DNA of 64,000 nucleotides from Candidatus Latescibacterota bacterium (GCA_965248435.1 OZ252100.1:5568001-5632000), one strand, 5' to 3'; positions 49,732 to 59,382 are shown, counted from the stretch's first letter. Notes: generated by a model from the sequence alone, not told the origin. Numbers and translations: made by a program.

Positions 49732-50594
49732 ACCAAGAATCTCTTAATCTCATTAAGTCAATCTCTGAAAGTTTTATTTCAGAGATTTATCCAGAAGAGT
49801 TGGGTTTCTTTGAAGCCTATTGGAGCGCATTCGAAATTGTGTTAAGGGAGTATGAAGATACTGGTAGATGGGCTGTGGAATTCGCTGAAGATGCAGCTTC
49901 AAGTTTAGGACTTGGTGCAAGCGCTGAAGGACTTGCAATCGCCAATGTCCCACACGTCTTTGATAGGATCTTTTTTGAGATTGAGACCTGGGAAGAGAAG
50001 ATGTCAAAGTCGGATGCTAAGGAGTCTGTAAATCAAGCTGTTGAAAAGTGGTTCGATAAATTTCACCTCCCTAGAAAAGGAATTGAAGGAGTCAAGGTCT
50101 TCATTGCAGAATGGTATCTTGCAGGAGTAATCAAACCCATCACATTTGTGAAAGTCTATCGAGTCTACAGAGGTGAAGTGGAGGAAGATTTGCAGTGGGA
50201 TGCAGTAGACGCCCTTCGGAAGAAGTATCAATCTCAAAAGGATGATTTGAAGGTGTGGATTGATGAAGAGAAGAAGGAGGTGCTCTGCTACCGAAAACCT
50301 GTTCTTAGTGGCAGCAGAATCAGACTTCTGTTTCTCTATCTCCTAAAGAATCTTGGCAGTTTTGTCAGTTTCTATGAGCTGCTGAAGGAGGTTTGGAATA
50401 GGCAATTGGAGGATGAAGACGACGTTGAACACGATGGGCTTATTCACACAACCCTCTCTCGACTGCGCACTCGCTTAGAGAATGAGCTTGATATTGATGA
50501 AGAAGTGATCATTGATAGTCAGCGCTCCCTGTCACTTACAAGAACCTTTCTGAATCAACTGGACGGAGATTTCTGCATAATCATTCAGCTATAG
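49728..50594 (+). CDS. Regulator with OmpR/PhoB-type winged-helix C-terminus and no receiver domain
   Basis: LFLYLLKNLG.FVS..ELLKEVW...IHTTLSRLR..L; ATGA-coupled to the peptidase. Confidence 0.8.
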   Translation: MNQESLNLIKSISESFISEIYPEELGFFEAYWSAFEIVLREYEDTGRWAVEFAEDAASSLGLGASAEGLAIANVPHVFDRIFFEIETWEEKMSKSDAKESVNQAVEKWFDKFHLPRKGIEGVKVFIAEWYLAGVIKPITFVKVYRVYRGEVEEDLQWDAVDALRKKYQSQKDDLKVWIDEEKKEVLCYRKPVLSGSRIRLLFLYLLKNLGSFVSFYELLKEVWNRQLEDEDDVEHDGLIHTTLSRLRTRLENELDIDEEVIIDSQRSLSLTRTFLNQLDGDFCIIIQL

Positions 50595-50650
50595 ACCTCC
50601 TCTTAGATACCTATGAACATTGGATCTTGGAGACATCCCGCCAGCGTATT

Positions 50651-50710
50651 TGATGTTACATATGAGCAAAAAGATTAAGTCAAGATTAACACGATTTAGG
50701 TGATGTTACA
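50651..50710. repeat. Regulatory repeat cluster
   Basis: TGATGTTACA at 50651 and 50701 bracketing AAGATTAA twice at 11-bp period (50671, 50682). Confidence 0.55.
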
Positions 50711-50724
50711 ACACCCCCAATATA

Positions 50725-50740
50725 GAAAAGGATTTAAATA
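50725..50740 (+). promoter_or_regulatory. Archaeal-type BRE-TATA promoter candidate
   Basis: GAAAAGGA-TTTAAATA, 23 nt before ATG 50764; no SD. Confidence 0.6.
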
Positions 50741-50763
50741 GACAGATATATTAGAAGATTTAT

Positions 50764-51249
50764 ATGGTGAAACAGGATTCAACGATTTTCAAATCAGTGC
50801 ATTCTGATATTGTGGGCACTATAAAAAGATTAACCAAAAACCAACCCTTCCCAGAATATTTTGTAGCTCAGGATAGTGAAGAGAATGAAGGAATTATAAG
50901 AGAGGGTATGAAGGCTGCGGGATTTATTGAAGAAATAACAGAAGTATTACGTCTACAAATAATTAATAAGAGGAGAGACCCTAACAAATATGGATTCTTA
51001 CTATTATTCTTTGAAATTCAAAAACTAAAGACAGATGCTAAAGGTAGAGTAAATCTAAAAATCGCTACAATTTTGACATATGTCCCACTTGGAAAAGAGA
51101 AGAAGAAGACGTTCGACTGTAGAAAGACCTTTAAATATAAATTCGAAGAAGAAAGATATGATGAATTGGAGAAGTTTTATAAAGAGTTTGTTGCTTGGAT
51201 TTCGAAACAACTAGAGTCTAAAAAGGTAAACAATTCCTTTGATTTTTGA
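50764..51249 (+). CDS. Hypothetical protein (very AT-rich gene)
   Basis: 161-aa ORF. Confidence 0.65.
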   Translation: MVKQDSTIFKSVHSDIVGTIKRLTKNQPFPEYFVAQDSEENEGIIREGMKAAGFIEEITEVLRLQIINKRRDPNKYGFLLLFFEIQKLKTDAKGRVNLKIATILTYVPLGKEKKKTFDCRKTFKYKFEEERYDELEKFYKEFVAWISKQLESKKVNNSFDF

Positions 51250-51472
51250 GACCCTATAATCACTTTCTCCGATTAAACTGCCATTCCTAAGCAGTATCCT
51301 CTGATTACACTTCCGGTAGTTCTGTAGTAACTCCCATAACTCTTAGCATCAAAACAAGCCCTTACACAGAACTTACAATGTAAGGGTCTTGTGTGTTCTC
51401 TTTTGGATTTCGATTGGCTAAACTTAGGGTGTCACGAAGAATTGAACTGCTCATCTTCACAAGGAGAGAGAA

Positions 51473-51772
51473 ATGGAAAAGGCTAGGGAGGATAACTTCA
51501 GCCAGGACCTCAATACTGTGCTGGATGACATAACAAAAGAAAGTTGGAATGAGCTTCAGATTAACGCTGTAGAAATCCTGGAGGATAAGAGCCACGCAAT
51601 CATCCTTGGTGGAGATGATGAGAATTACGATGCCTGTGTCAAAGGGAAAGAACGAGAAATAATCCTGATGATTGCTAACGAAGTAGAAACTGATTCACCT
51701 CTTGGGAAAATCATCAAGTTTGTTGTAGGAGTGCATTTGAAGAGAAGATTCTCTGAAGAGTTGAACTCGTAG
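51473..51772 (+). CDS. Hypothetical protein
   Basis: AAGGAG SD, 99 aa. Confidence 0.6.
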   Translation: MEKAREDNFSQDLNTVLDDITKESWNELQINAVEILEDKSHAIILGGDDENYDACVKGKEREIILMIANEVETDSPLGKIIKFVVGVHLKRRFSEELNS

Positions 51773-51817
51773 GAACCATCAAAAATGGAGAGGTCTCCTG
51801 ACTAGAACAATAGAAAA

Positions 51818-52024
51818 ATGGTAAATCTAAATCAGAAATCAGGGTCAGTGATCAGAGTCCCAAATCGTGAGAAAAGTGAGGCAACAGGGAGCAATTCCCT
51901 GACGGCAGTGCTTAACCATCAACTCAGATCCATCGAAGACGAGGTCGGGAGACTAACGGCAAAGAGGGAGCAATTTCTTAGGATGATGCGTGAAATCAGG
52001 TTGAGAATCAATTCCCTTCACTAA
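51818..52024 (+). CDS. Small coiled-coil protein
   Basis: 68-aa ORF with heptad pattern. Confidence 0.5.
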   Translation: MVNLNQKSGSVIRVPNREKSEATGSNSLTAVLNHQLRSIEDEVGRLTAKREQFLRMMREIRLRINSLH

Positions 52025-52064
52025 CCCTAACCAAATCCAAAGCTATATAAAGGAGCAAGGTGCT

Positions 52065-52337
52065 GTGGAATCCGTGATTGAAATGGCAGAAGAAAGAGAA
52101 GTTCCACCAAACACATCTTATGCAATCCGGTTCCACAAAGAAGATAGAGGTAGGGGCATCTCCAGACTGATTGGCTATGGATCAGGGAGTTTTGGAGGAA
52201 CAGAGAATGGAATTCTATTGGTTCCCTACAAAGACTTAAAGTGCCTAGATGATGCAGGCATCAGATATGAAAGCTGTGAATTAGGAATGATGACGACCGA
52301 GGAAATTGAAGAAAGACTAGAGCCTAATTGGGAATAA
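52065..52337 (+). CDS. Hypothetical protein
   Basis: 90-aa ORF; preceded by AAAGCTATATAAAGGAG (TATA-like and SD-like). Confidence 0.6.
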   Translation: MESVIEMAEEREVPPNTSYAIRFHKEDRGRGISRLIGYGSGSFGGTENGILLVPYKDLKCLDDAGIRYESCELGMMTTEEIEERLEPNWE

Positions 52338-52341
52338 CCCA

Positions 52342-52641
52342 ATGATTAGAGTAGAGCTGGCAATTCCATCCAAAGATAAGAACCATTTCCCTGTAGATGG
52401 GGAAGTGGTTGGAGAGATTCTATCTGAGGTTGGAAACAAAACAAAGGGATACCGTTCAAGCCGCCAGTGGGGATTCTGGATCTCAGATGATGGACAGATT
52501 TATCAAGGTGAAGCTCTAATTTTGGTTACCGATACATCTTTTGAAATTGCAGACTGGTTCAAGGGTATGAAGCATATGTGGACATTAGCTCTCAATCAAA
52601 GGCAGTTGTATCTAGCCATCTACGTTGTTGATTGGATCTAA
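52342..52641 (+). CDS. Hypothetical protein, possible ferredoxin-like fold
   Basis: E..IP..D....PV, G.W...DGQIY, L.Q..LY pattern. Confidence 0.6.
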   Translation: MIRVELAIPSKDKNHFPVDGEVVGEILSEVGNKTKGYRSSRQWGFWISDDGQIYQGEALILVTDTSFEIADWFKGMKHMWTLALNQRQLYLAIYVVDWI

Positions 52642-52664
52642 AGCACCTTCAGCAGGAGGATTAG

Positions 52665-53135
52665 GTGATGTTGAAGCCACCAAGTTTGAAACCCAGAGGA
52701 GTTCCTGTCCAAGTTGGACCTTACAGAACTGTCATCACACAGCAACCTTATGTCCATAGTTCAAGTATCTGGGGATGGTATGCTCTATGTCTAACTGCTA
52801 CACTCGCCCTTTGCGCAATCGGACTCTTTCTATTCCTGAGTCTCAACAAAGACTTGGCTCTTGAAGATTTGTCAAAGAACTGGATGCAGAGGCAATGGGA
52901 TTTCAAGAAAACATTTCCAACGATCCTAACTCTTACAGCCAGCTCTTTCAATTTTATTATCTCAACCTCTGTCGCTCTTCTTGCTCGTAGCAGATTCAGA
53001 AACGGACGCAGTTTTAGACTCTACAACCAGGCAAGTGATGAATTCATCTTTCCGTTGATGGCTGCTTCTACTGTTGTTTCGGTAATCATTCTCTTAGTGT
53101 TCATTCTGGCAGGCGGAAGCATTTCTGTTCCATAA
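52665..53135 (+). CDS. Three-TM membrane protein
   Basis: AGGAGG SD; three hydrophobic helices. Confidence 0.65.
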   Translation: MMLKPPSLKPRGVPVQVGPYRTVITQQPYVHSSSIWGWYALCLTATLALCAIGLFLFLSLNKDLALEDLSKNWMQRQWDFKKTFPTILTLTASSFNFIISTSVALLARSRFRNGRSFRLYNQASDEFIFPLMAASTVVSVIILLVFILAGGSISVP

Positions 53136-53245
53136 CAATACTACAAAGAAAGGAGGAGTCAGTTTGAGATTTCATCCCAAGTCCAACACTTCATCTACCC
53201 CAGCAGATTCAGAAATGGCTCACACTTTTTCTAAGGAGGAGGAAG

Positions 53246-53449
53246 ATGGACCACTCAATGGTAGACGCATTGGAGCGGTTCAGGAATTCGGATTCAATAA
53301 CGGCAGAAGAGTTCCTGGCCTATATGTCTCTTTCATTCAAACTCTCACCAGCCTCATTTGAGCAAGGGAAGAAAAAAACAAGAAGGGGAAGAAGGCCGAA
53401 GAATGAAGCAGCGGAAACGCCTCAAACAGAAAATGAGCCAACGCTTTAA
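53246..53449 (+). CDS. Small protein with basic RRGRRPK tail
   Basis: GGAGG SD; AT-hook-like motif. Confidence 0.55.
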   Translation: MDHSMVDALERFRNSDSITAEEFLAYMSLSFKLSPASFEQGKKKTRRGRRPKNEAAETPQTENEPTL

Positions 53450-53548
53450 ATGTTGACCAGACTCCCGCTAGGAGAAAATTCGACCAAACTGAAAAGCGCC
53501 GGCTCACTTAAATCTAAGTTCAACTTGGGTTCAGAAAAAGGAGAAAAA

Positions 53549-53731
53549 ATGCTGCAACCCAATGGTATTCCAAAAGAAGTTGCTGGAAGACGAATCTACA
53601 TCCATCCAGATGAAGTAAGAGATGCCCAATTTGTTGAACACAGTGCGGAGATACCCCCTAATCAGGGTCCGCCTGTAATTCAGCAGCAGGGATCTGGACG
53701 GAGGCCTCCAGTCATATTCAAACACGGCTAA
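53549..53731 (+). CDS. Candidate ubiquitin-like protein (60 aa, C-terminal Gly)
   Basis: AAGGAG SD; ends FKHG; directly upstream of E2-like and JAB-E1 genes. Confidence 0.6.
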   Translation: MLQPNGIPKEVAGRRIYIHPDEVRDAQFVEHSAEIPPNQGPPVIQQQGSGRRPPVIFKHG

Positions 53732-53795
53732 ACTTCAAGTGGTGAGGGGCAGCTAACAAAGTGTCCCTTGCCTTATTCCCAGTAAGGAAAACACG

Positions 53796-54260
53796 ATGGA
53801 CTATTACTCAGTTCTGGATTGGTATGCACAGAACGTTTGGATGCTTCAACAAATATTTAGTGACGGGGAAGTGGAACATTCGGGGGATTTCGCCTGGGTG
53901 AGAATAACCACTTTTGCCTTGCCGGAAAATTGGCAACAACACTCCACCAAACTCCTAATGATCTTGCCAGGAGTTGAAGGAGGTTTCACCAAAAAGCCAG
54001 ACGGTTTTTATCTGGATCAGGGACTAAGGACAAGAAGTGGAAAAACTCCGGAACATATTTTTGACTCCGCAGGCTATAACGACCTCAGTTCACTCTCCTG
54101 GGCTAGATATAGCTTCCACATTAAGAAATGGAAACCCAACCTCAGTGAAGTTCTCGAAGGTGACAATCTTTTGGGTTTGGTTGATAGCATCTACTTAGGA
54201 TTGGAGAAGTTAGCAGGTAAAGAAGATTCAAAACTCAGTCCCCCTGTCTTCAATTTCTAG
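53796..54260 (+). CDS. Prokaryotic E2/UBC-like protein (no Cys)
   Basis: WV.I..F.LP..W......LL.ILP.....PDGFY, W..YS.H...W.P...GDNL. Confidence 0.75.
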   Translation: MDYYSVLDWYAQNVWMLQQIFSDGEVEHSGDFAWVRITTFALPENWQQHSTKLLMILPGVEGGFTKKPDGFYLDQGLRTRSGKTPEHIFDSAGYNDLSSLSWARYSFHIKKWKPNLSEVLEGDNLLGLVDSIYLGLEKLAGKEDSKLSPPVFNF

Positions 54261-54293
54261 CGGTTTAAAGCCGTAACACTCTGGAGAAAATAA

Positions 54294-55694
54294 ATGAAAC
54301 GTGAGATTGTATTTCTCAGCAAGGAGTGGAATCAACTCCAAGGCTTTCTTTGGCAAGATAGGATAAATGAAAGTGGAGCCCTGGCCCTGTGCAAGCTCAG
54401 CTCCTCCCCTACTCACAAAAGATTGATTGTCTCCAAGCTCCTGATTCCAACTCCTGATGACTATGAAAGACGAGGACCTGGCTATGTTGGATTCAAGCCT
54501 GATTTTCAAGAAAGAGCATTTAATGAATGCCTTGAAACTCAGTCTCACTTGGTAGACATCCACACGCATCCCTTCAACAGTTCGTTAGTGCGCTTCAGCG
54601 CCTTTGACGATTCTCAGCAGCGGGAAGTAATTGGCCCATATGTGCAGGAGTGGTTTTCCTCTCTCGAAATTGGATTTCTGGTTTTTGGAGTGGGAGAATG
54701 GAATGGAGCAGCCAGGATTTGGAATCGAAATTCAGAGAGAGTAGAAGACGTGGAAGCCATCAAGATTATTAGCAAGAATGAGATGAAAATCCTCTCAGTT
54801 CCGAATGCCAAAGCAAGTCACAGAATCCACACTCGCACAATCCAGGCACTTGGCAAGGAAGCTCAGTCCACCTATTCCAATCTAACTGTTGGAGTTGTAG
54901 GAGTAGGAGGACTCGGAAGTGTTGTCTCAGAATTATTGGCAAGACTTCCGGTTAAGAAACTGATCCTCATAGATCCTGACGCGTTGGAGATGAGCAACCT
55001 TAACAGATTTCTGGGAGCAAGTTACAGCGATGGAATTACCAGAAAAGATAAAGTCAGGGTAGTGGCTCGGCAGGTTCGTATGGCCAATCCCTTTATTCAG
55101 ATTGAGGAAGTGAAAGCAGATTTTCTGGAAAAAGAAACTCAGCTGAGATGTAAAGAAGCAGATGTTTTATTTGGATGCAGTGATTCTGTGGCAGTTCGCC
55201 TCGCAATGAGCCAGTTAGCATTGGCAAATGCAATTCCCTATTTTGATTTGGGAGCTGGTGCGGCTGTTGAAGACTCAGAATTGCAGGCAGTTGGTGGACA
55301 GATTTTCAAGCTCACTCCTGAAGCCAATTTCTGTTTCCACTGTTCTGATTATTTCGATGCCGAAGAAGCACACGGTGAGTTGTTGAATGATGAGGAAAAG
55401 AAACGGCAAGTTAAACAAGGCTATGTGGCAGGAGACAACATCCCCCAGCCGAGTATTTATGCCACAAATATGTCTATAGCTTCCACTTCTGTGTGGCTAA
55501 TGATGAGATACGTCACTTCAAATTCAATTCAAGCGGATGGGATCTCGTTCAATGCCTTGGATTGTTCACTCAACACCTGGCAACATCAGGTCTCAGAGGA
55601 CAGGGAGCCTTGTCTTGTCTGTAGTGCCGGATGTGTTGGGGATGCAATGACTCACTTAACAAAGACTAAGGAACTGGACTTAACAGGGGTCTAA
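54294..55694 (+). CDS. JAB peptidase-ThiF/E1 adenylyltransferase fusion
   Basis: ESGA...DIHTHP...FS.FDD (JAB); VVGVGGLGS, IDPD.LE.SNLNR, K, GCSD, CFHC/CLVC (ThiF). Confidence 0.9.
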   Translation: MKREIVFLSKEWNQLQGFLWQDRINESGALALCKLSSSPTHKRLIVSKLLIPTPDDYERRGPGYVGFKPDFQERAFNECLETQSHLVDIHTHPFNSSLVRFSAFDDSQQREVIGPYVQEWFSSLEIGFLVFGVGEWNGAARIWNRNSERVEDVEAIKIISKNEMKILSVPNAKASHRIHTRTIQALGKEAQSTYSNLTVGVVGVGGLGSVVSELLARLPVKKLILIDPDALEMSNLNRFLGASYSDGITRKDKVRVVARQVRMANPFIQIEEVKADFLEKETQLRCKEADVLFGCSDSVAVRLAMSQLALANAIPYFDLGAGAAVEDSELQAVGGQIFKLTPEANFCFHCSDYFDAEEAHGELLNDEEKKRQVKQGYVAGDNIPQPSIYATNMSIASTSVWLMMRYVTSNSIQADGISFNALDCSLNTWQHQVSEDREPCLVCSAGCVGDAMTHLTKTKELDLTGV

Positions 55695-55696
55695 GA

Positions 55697-56062
55697 ATGC
55701 CACTCACAATCTTTACAATGCTGGGATTGCTTGTGGGAGTGTTAATTGGCAAGAACCTGAGACTGCAAGGTGTAATCCTGGCTGTCTACGCAGCTATTGG
55801 ATTCTATATCCTGCTCACTTTACCCCTGGATGGGATATACCCACTTGGCTCTGCATTCTATCCCTTTATGTCCTTCAGGATGGCTAATCTCTTCGCCGCT
55901 ATTCTAATGATCCTGGCACTTGGTTTAGTCCTACTGCTTATCGGCAAACCAATTCTAGCTCATCTCAGTTCGATTCCTGAAAGGCTTGACCGAATGCTAG
56001 GAGCCAGTATGGGTGGTGTGGTGGGGTTTTACATCGCTTGGGTTTTTGAGGGTGTGATTTGA
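55697..56062 (+). CDS. Small multi-TM protein (CvpA-like LDR.LG motif)
   Basis: Four hydrophobic helices, LDRMLGASMG. Confidence 0.6.
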   Translation: MPLTIFTMLGLLVGVLIGKNLRLQGVILAVYAAIGFYILLTLPLDGIYPLGSAFYPFMSFRMANLFAAILMILALGLVLLLIGKPILAHLSSIPERLDRMLGASMGGVVGFYIAWVFEGVI

Positions 56063-56131
56063 TAAGTCCTTCAATTCCCACTACTTCCACGAATCCCACA
56101 GGGGAATTACTTTCGACTATTTGAATGGGAC

Positions 56132-56518
56132 TTGATAATGAGATTCTTAGGACTCTTTCTGCGAAGCACCATCCAGGCGATGGTCTGCGTTGGGATTTGG
56201 AAAATTACAAGACCTATGAGCAAAAAGCTCAGTCAAACCTATCTGTTCAATCAATGGTTGGGTGTGAAGTTCGGACAGTTCGGGAGCTGGGTTGGAGATT
56301 CTGCGGATTGGTGGATTCCCATTATAGCAACCGGCTCGGCTTGTTTGTTTGTAAAGTTGCTCGAAATGGAATTGGCAAGAAGGGCTATGACAGAACACAG
56401 AAGACTCCACCCCCACCCTGTTCCAATGGAATCCTCAAATCCGGGAACACAACGTCCTCAAGTTCAACAAGTAGATCCTACAATGTTAGCAGAGATGGAG
56501 GGCAACCAAAATGGATGA
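56132..56518 (+). CDS. Hypothetical membrane protein
   Basis: ORF with hydrophobic segments, overlapping the next start. Confidence 0.5.
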   Translation: MIMRFLGLFLRSTIQAMVCVGIWKITRPMSKKLSQTYLFNQWLGVKFGQFGSWVGDSADWWIPIIATGSACLFVKLLEMELARRAMTEHRRLHPHPVPMESSNPGTQRPQVQQVDPTMLAEMEGNQNG

Positions 56519-56843
56519 AAGAACGCAAGAGATCTTGGATGCAGTGGAGCTGGCAACCTCAGTAGAGGCAGTTGAGATAGAAGACTGGATGGAAAACCTA
56601 CGTCCCAGATTCAGGAAAATGGCAATTGGAATTATCAGAACTGGATTGAGTGTTAAGCAATTCGGCTATGAATCTTTGTTACTAAGCAGATGTTTGGTGA
56701 AGGCTGCGTTTCGTGTAACACTCGGACTCTTCGGAGGCAGTGTTCTGCTGACAGTAATCGCTTTGGGCGTTGTTGCTTTCGCAGCAGCCTATTCAGGAAT
56801 TTCATTTCTCGTAAGAGCTGTTGTCAATGCTCTGTCATTGTGA
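56511..56843 (+). CDS. Hypothetical membrane protein
   Basis: GGAGG SD; C-terminal TM. Confidence 0.6.
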   Translation: MDERTQEILDAVELATSVEAVEIEDWMENLRPRFRKMAIGIIRTGLSVKQFGYESLLLSRCLVKAAFRVTLGLFGGSVLLTVIALGVVAFAAAYSGISFLVRAVVNALSL

Positions 56844-56854
56844 GGATAGGATAA

Positions 56855-57250
56855 ATGAGTTTTCTAAAGCCACTCACAGAGAAGCTGGAAGATTGGATGG
56901 AAGTAAAGGAACCAATAACTCCGATAGAGAGGCAAGATGTAGACCTCTACCTGCCAAGTTTTTCATATGTCGTCCGACCTTATTCAAAAGGTCAAACCAG
57001 ATTCGTCTACAAGCTCCAGGCAGATCCACAAACCGAAGCAGTTGTGTTCGTCCTAACAAAGTTAAGGGACGGAAGTGTTACTCATCCGCATAACCTAGCT
57101 CAGATAAGATGGTGTGAGTATTGTCGCTTGCCCGTAATGCGAAATTCAATTCTACCGTGTCAGAGATGTGGGCGTTGGGTCTGCGAGATATGCAGTCCGA
57201 TGGGATTGTGCAGGCTTTGCAGGTTAGCTCGATTTCTGGGAATGGAGTAA
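56855..57250 (+). CDS. Protein with C-terminal double zinc finger
   Basis: CEYC...CQRC...CEIC...CRLC. Confidence 0.7.
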   Translation: MSFLKPLTEKLEDWMEVKEPITPIERQDVDLYLPSFSYVVRPYSKGQTRFVYKLQADPQTEAVVFVLTKLRDGSVTHPHNLAQIRWCEYCRLPVMRNSILPCQRCGRWVCEICSPMGLCRLCRLARFLGME

Positions 57251-59382
57251 TGTCTAAGTCATTTACAAATTCACAAGACATTCAGGGTTTGATCGAGCTG
57301 GTCGAGTCTCTTGGCCTATCCCCTGAGAGAAAGAACGATGCATTGCTCAACATCCGGCAATTCGCAAGAGCTGGAAAGCAAATGCATCTAAAGCGGATGT
57401 TCAAGAGAATGGGGAGAGCTGGAATCAACAGACAACGAGAAGCACTGAAACATAAACCATTTCCAATTCCACCTGGCCCTGCAATTCTCTCCACTGGAAA
57501 TATTCCACTAGGCATAGTCAAGGGAACAAGAACCGTCAATGCTTTAGATGGAGCTGAGGAATTGCCAATCCATTGGTTAACAGCGGGTGCTACAGGAGCA
57601 AGTAAGTCAACCCTCACAAAACCGATTCTGATAGAATCTGCAAAAAATGGCTACCAGATTAACGTGTTCAGTCCAAAGCCTCAGGAGTATTTAGACCTGT
57701 ATCCGTATTTCAAAGACACCGCCAACTATTGGGTGATCAATGATGACGCGACACCTTTCTATGAGAATCCATTCGAATCACCCACGCCTAAAATCGAGAC
57801 GGATACGTGGGTGATGCAGGGATCAAGCCTGTTCTTCGATGGAATGTTTAGTATGCAATCCCATCTGGTTAGCTGCATAAGAGACATCCAGGCAGCAGAG
57901 GGAATTGGAGCGGTGTCATTTGCAGACTTGGAGACTTATCTGGTGGGGATGATTACACCAAAGAAAGAAGGGGGGCTTGGCACACGCCTATATAATAAGC
58001 AGGCTTTGGAGAGATTGTTGATCCGGGTAAGGCAGGCACTTACAGGTGTAAAAGGCTATAGATGTAGGAACGGCTATCCCTTCTCTCAGCTAATGCAGAA
58101 ACACAACTTCTGGTTGGTGGGGGGAATAACGTCAATTGCGGTTCGGCACTATTTCATAAAAATGCTACTGACGAAGATATGGATGTATCAACGCAACTGC
58201 TTGGAGAAGAGATTGAGGGTGATTTTCATTGATGATGCACAACCCCTTTTAAAGTCTGGAGGATAGAAATTGGACGCGCTTGACGACCTTCTCCTTTTAG
58301 GAAGAAGTGACAACATCTCTATCGGATTGGTGGTGCAGAACTTCAGTGAAACACCGCCAACTGTAAGAGGAAACGTCTCAACCATAATGCTGCTGAGATC
58401 CAACCACAGTGATGCTGTTGTTGCTGGCAGGGAACTTGGATTGAGCAAGGAGCAGATTGAGCTAGTAAAAGGTTTAGAGAGAGGCTTTGCCGTTGTGCTT
58501 AGAAGGAGAGTCCATCCAAAGCCGGTGCTAATCACATTCCCACATTTTAATCCAAGACCTATTTCCAAGAACAAAATAAGGGAAGCAATGGCTCCTAAAA
58601 TTGAAGCCCTGATGAAGTGTGTGACATTTCCGGGTGACGGGAAGTTGAAGGATACCAAAGAGGTGAATGTTGTTGAGACGGCTTCGATAGAAGTGGTGGA
58701 GTTGAATGATGCTGAGATTTCGTTGATGACTCATTTAAGTAAAAATCCTGTGATGATACGAGAGGATATTTGTAAGGATTTGAAGTTGCCGACTTCAACT
58801 TTGAGCAGGCATTTTCAAAATTTGGTGAAGAAGGGTTATCTAAAAACGACCCTGACACATAAGAAAGATGGCAAGGAGATAGAAATGCCATTCGAGTTGA
58901 AGCCAAGTGGAGCAAGAAGGGGAAGTGCCCGGAAGTTCTATGATTTTACTTTGGCAGCGGTTGAGAGATTTGGGAATCCTGAATGGGTTGGGAAAGGGAT
59001 GAAGATACACGCGGCTGCGATTTCCTTCATTGGTTACTTCTACAGACAGCATTGTAATGGGGAAGTGTTTTTGGAACATCAGATTGGAGAAGGATTGGAA
59101 GCTGCGGATGTTGCCATAGAACCCAAGATCGTAGCAGTTGAGATTTGCAACACAACCAAACCAGCTCACGAGCTTAACAACATCAAGAAATGTCTGGACG
59201 CTGGGTATGAGCTGGTAGTGAGTGCTTCCTTCTCTGACGGAAAAAGAGATGGAATTCGAAAAGCAGCTATTCAGAACTTAATAGAATCCGAGTTGGAGAA
59301 AGTTCAATTCAGACTTGTAGGAGACTTTGTTGGGAAGGTTAGTAATCCTGAATCTTTCTTGCCAGGGGGACGAGATGATTAA
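57250..59382 (+). pseudogene. Second HerA/VirB4-like ATPase-wHTH-PD-(D/E)xK gene with a single in-frame TAG at 58264-58266
   Basis: GATGASKS, IFIDDAQ...GG*KLD...GRSDNI.IGLVVQ...VRGN; both ORFs share one frame; C-terminal H....ADV...AVEICNT. Confidence 0.8.

Noticed and set aside
50651-50710. TGATGTTACA as the same integrase arm site as TGTAACATC at 18.5-18.7 kb
   Set aside because: Sequence match is real but spacing differs and no att core lies between; link unsupported
58264-58266. Island-wide TAG recoding
   Set aside because: Many island genes end at TAG with sensible boundaries (e.g. 28191, 29569, 54260) and no suppressor tRNA is present
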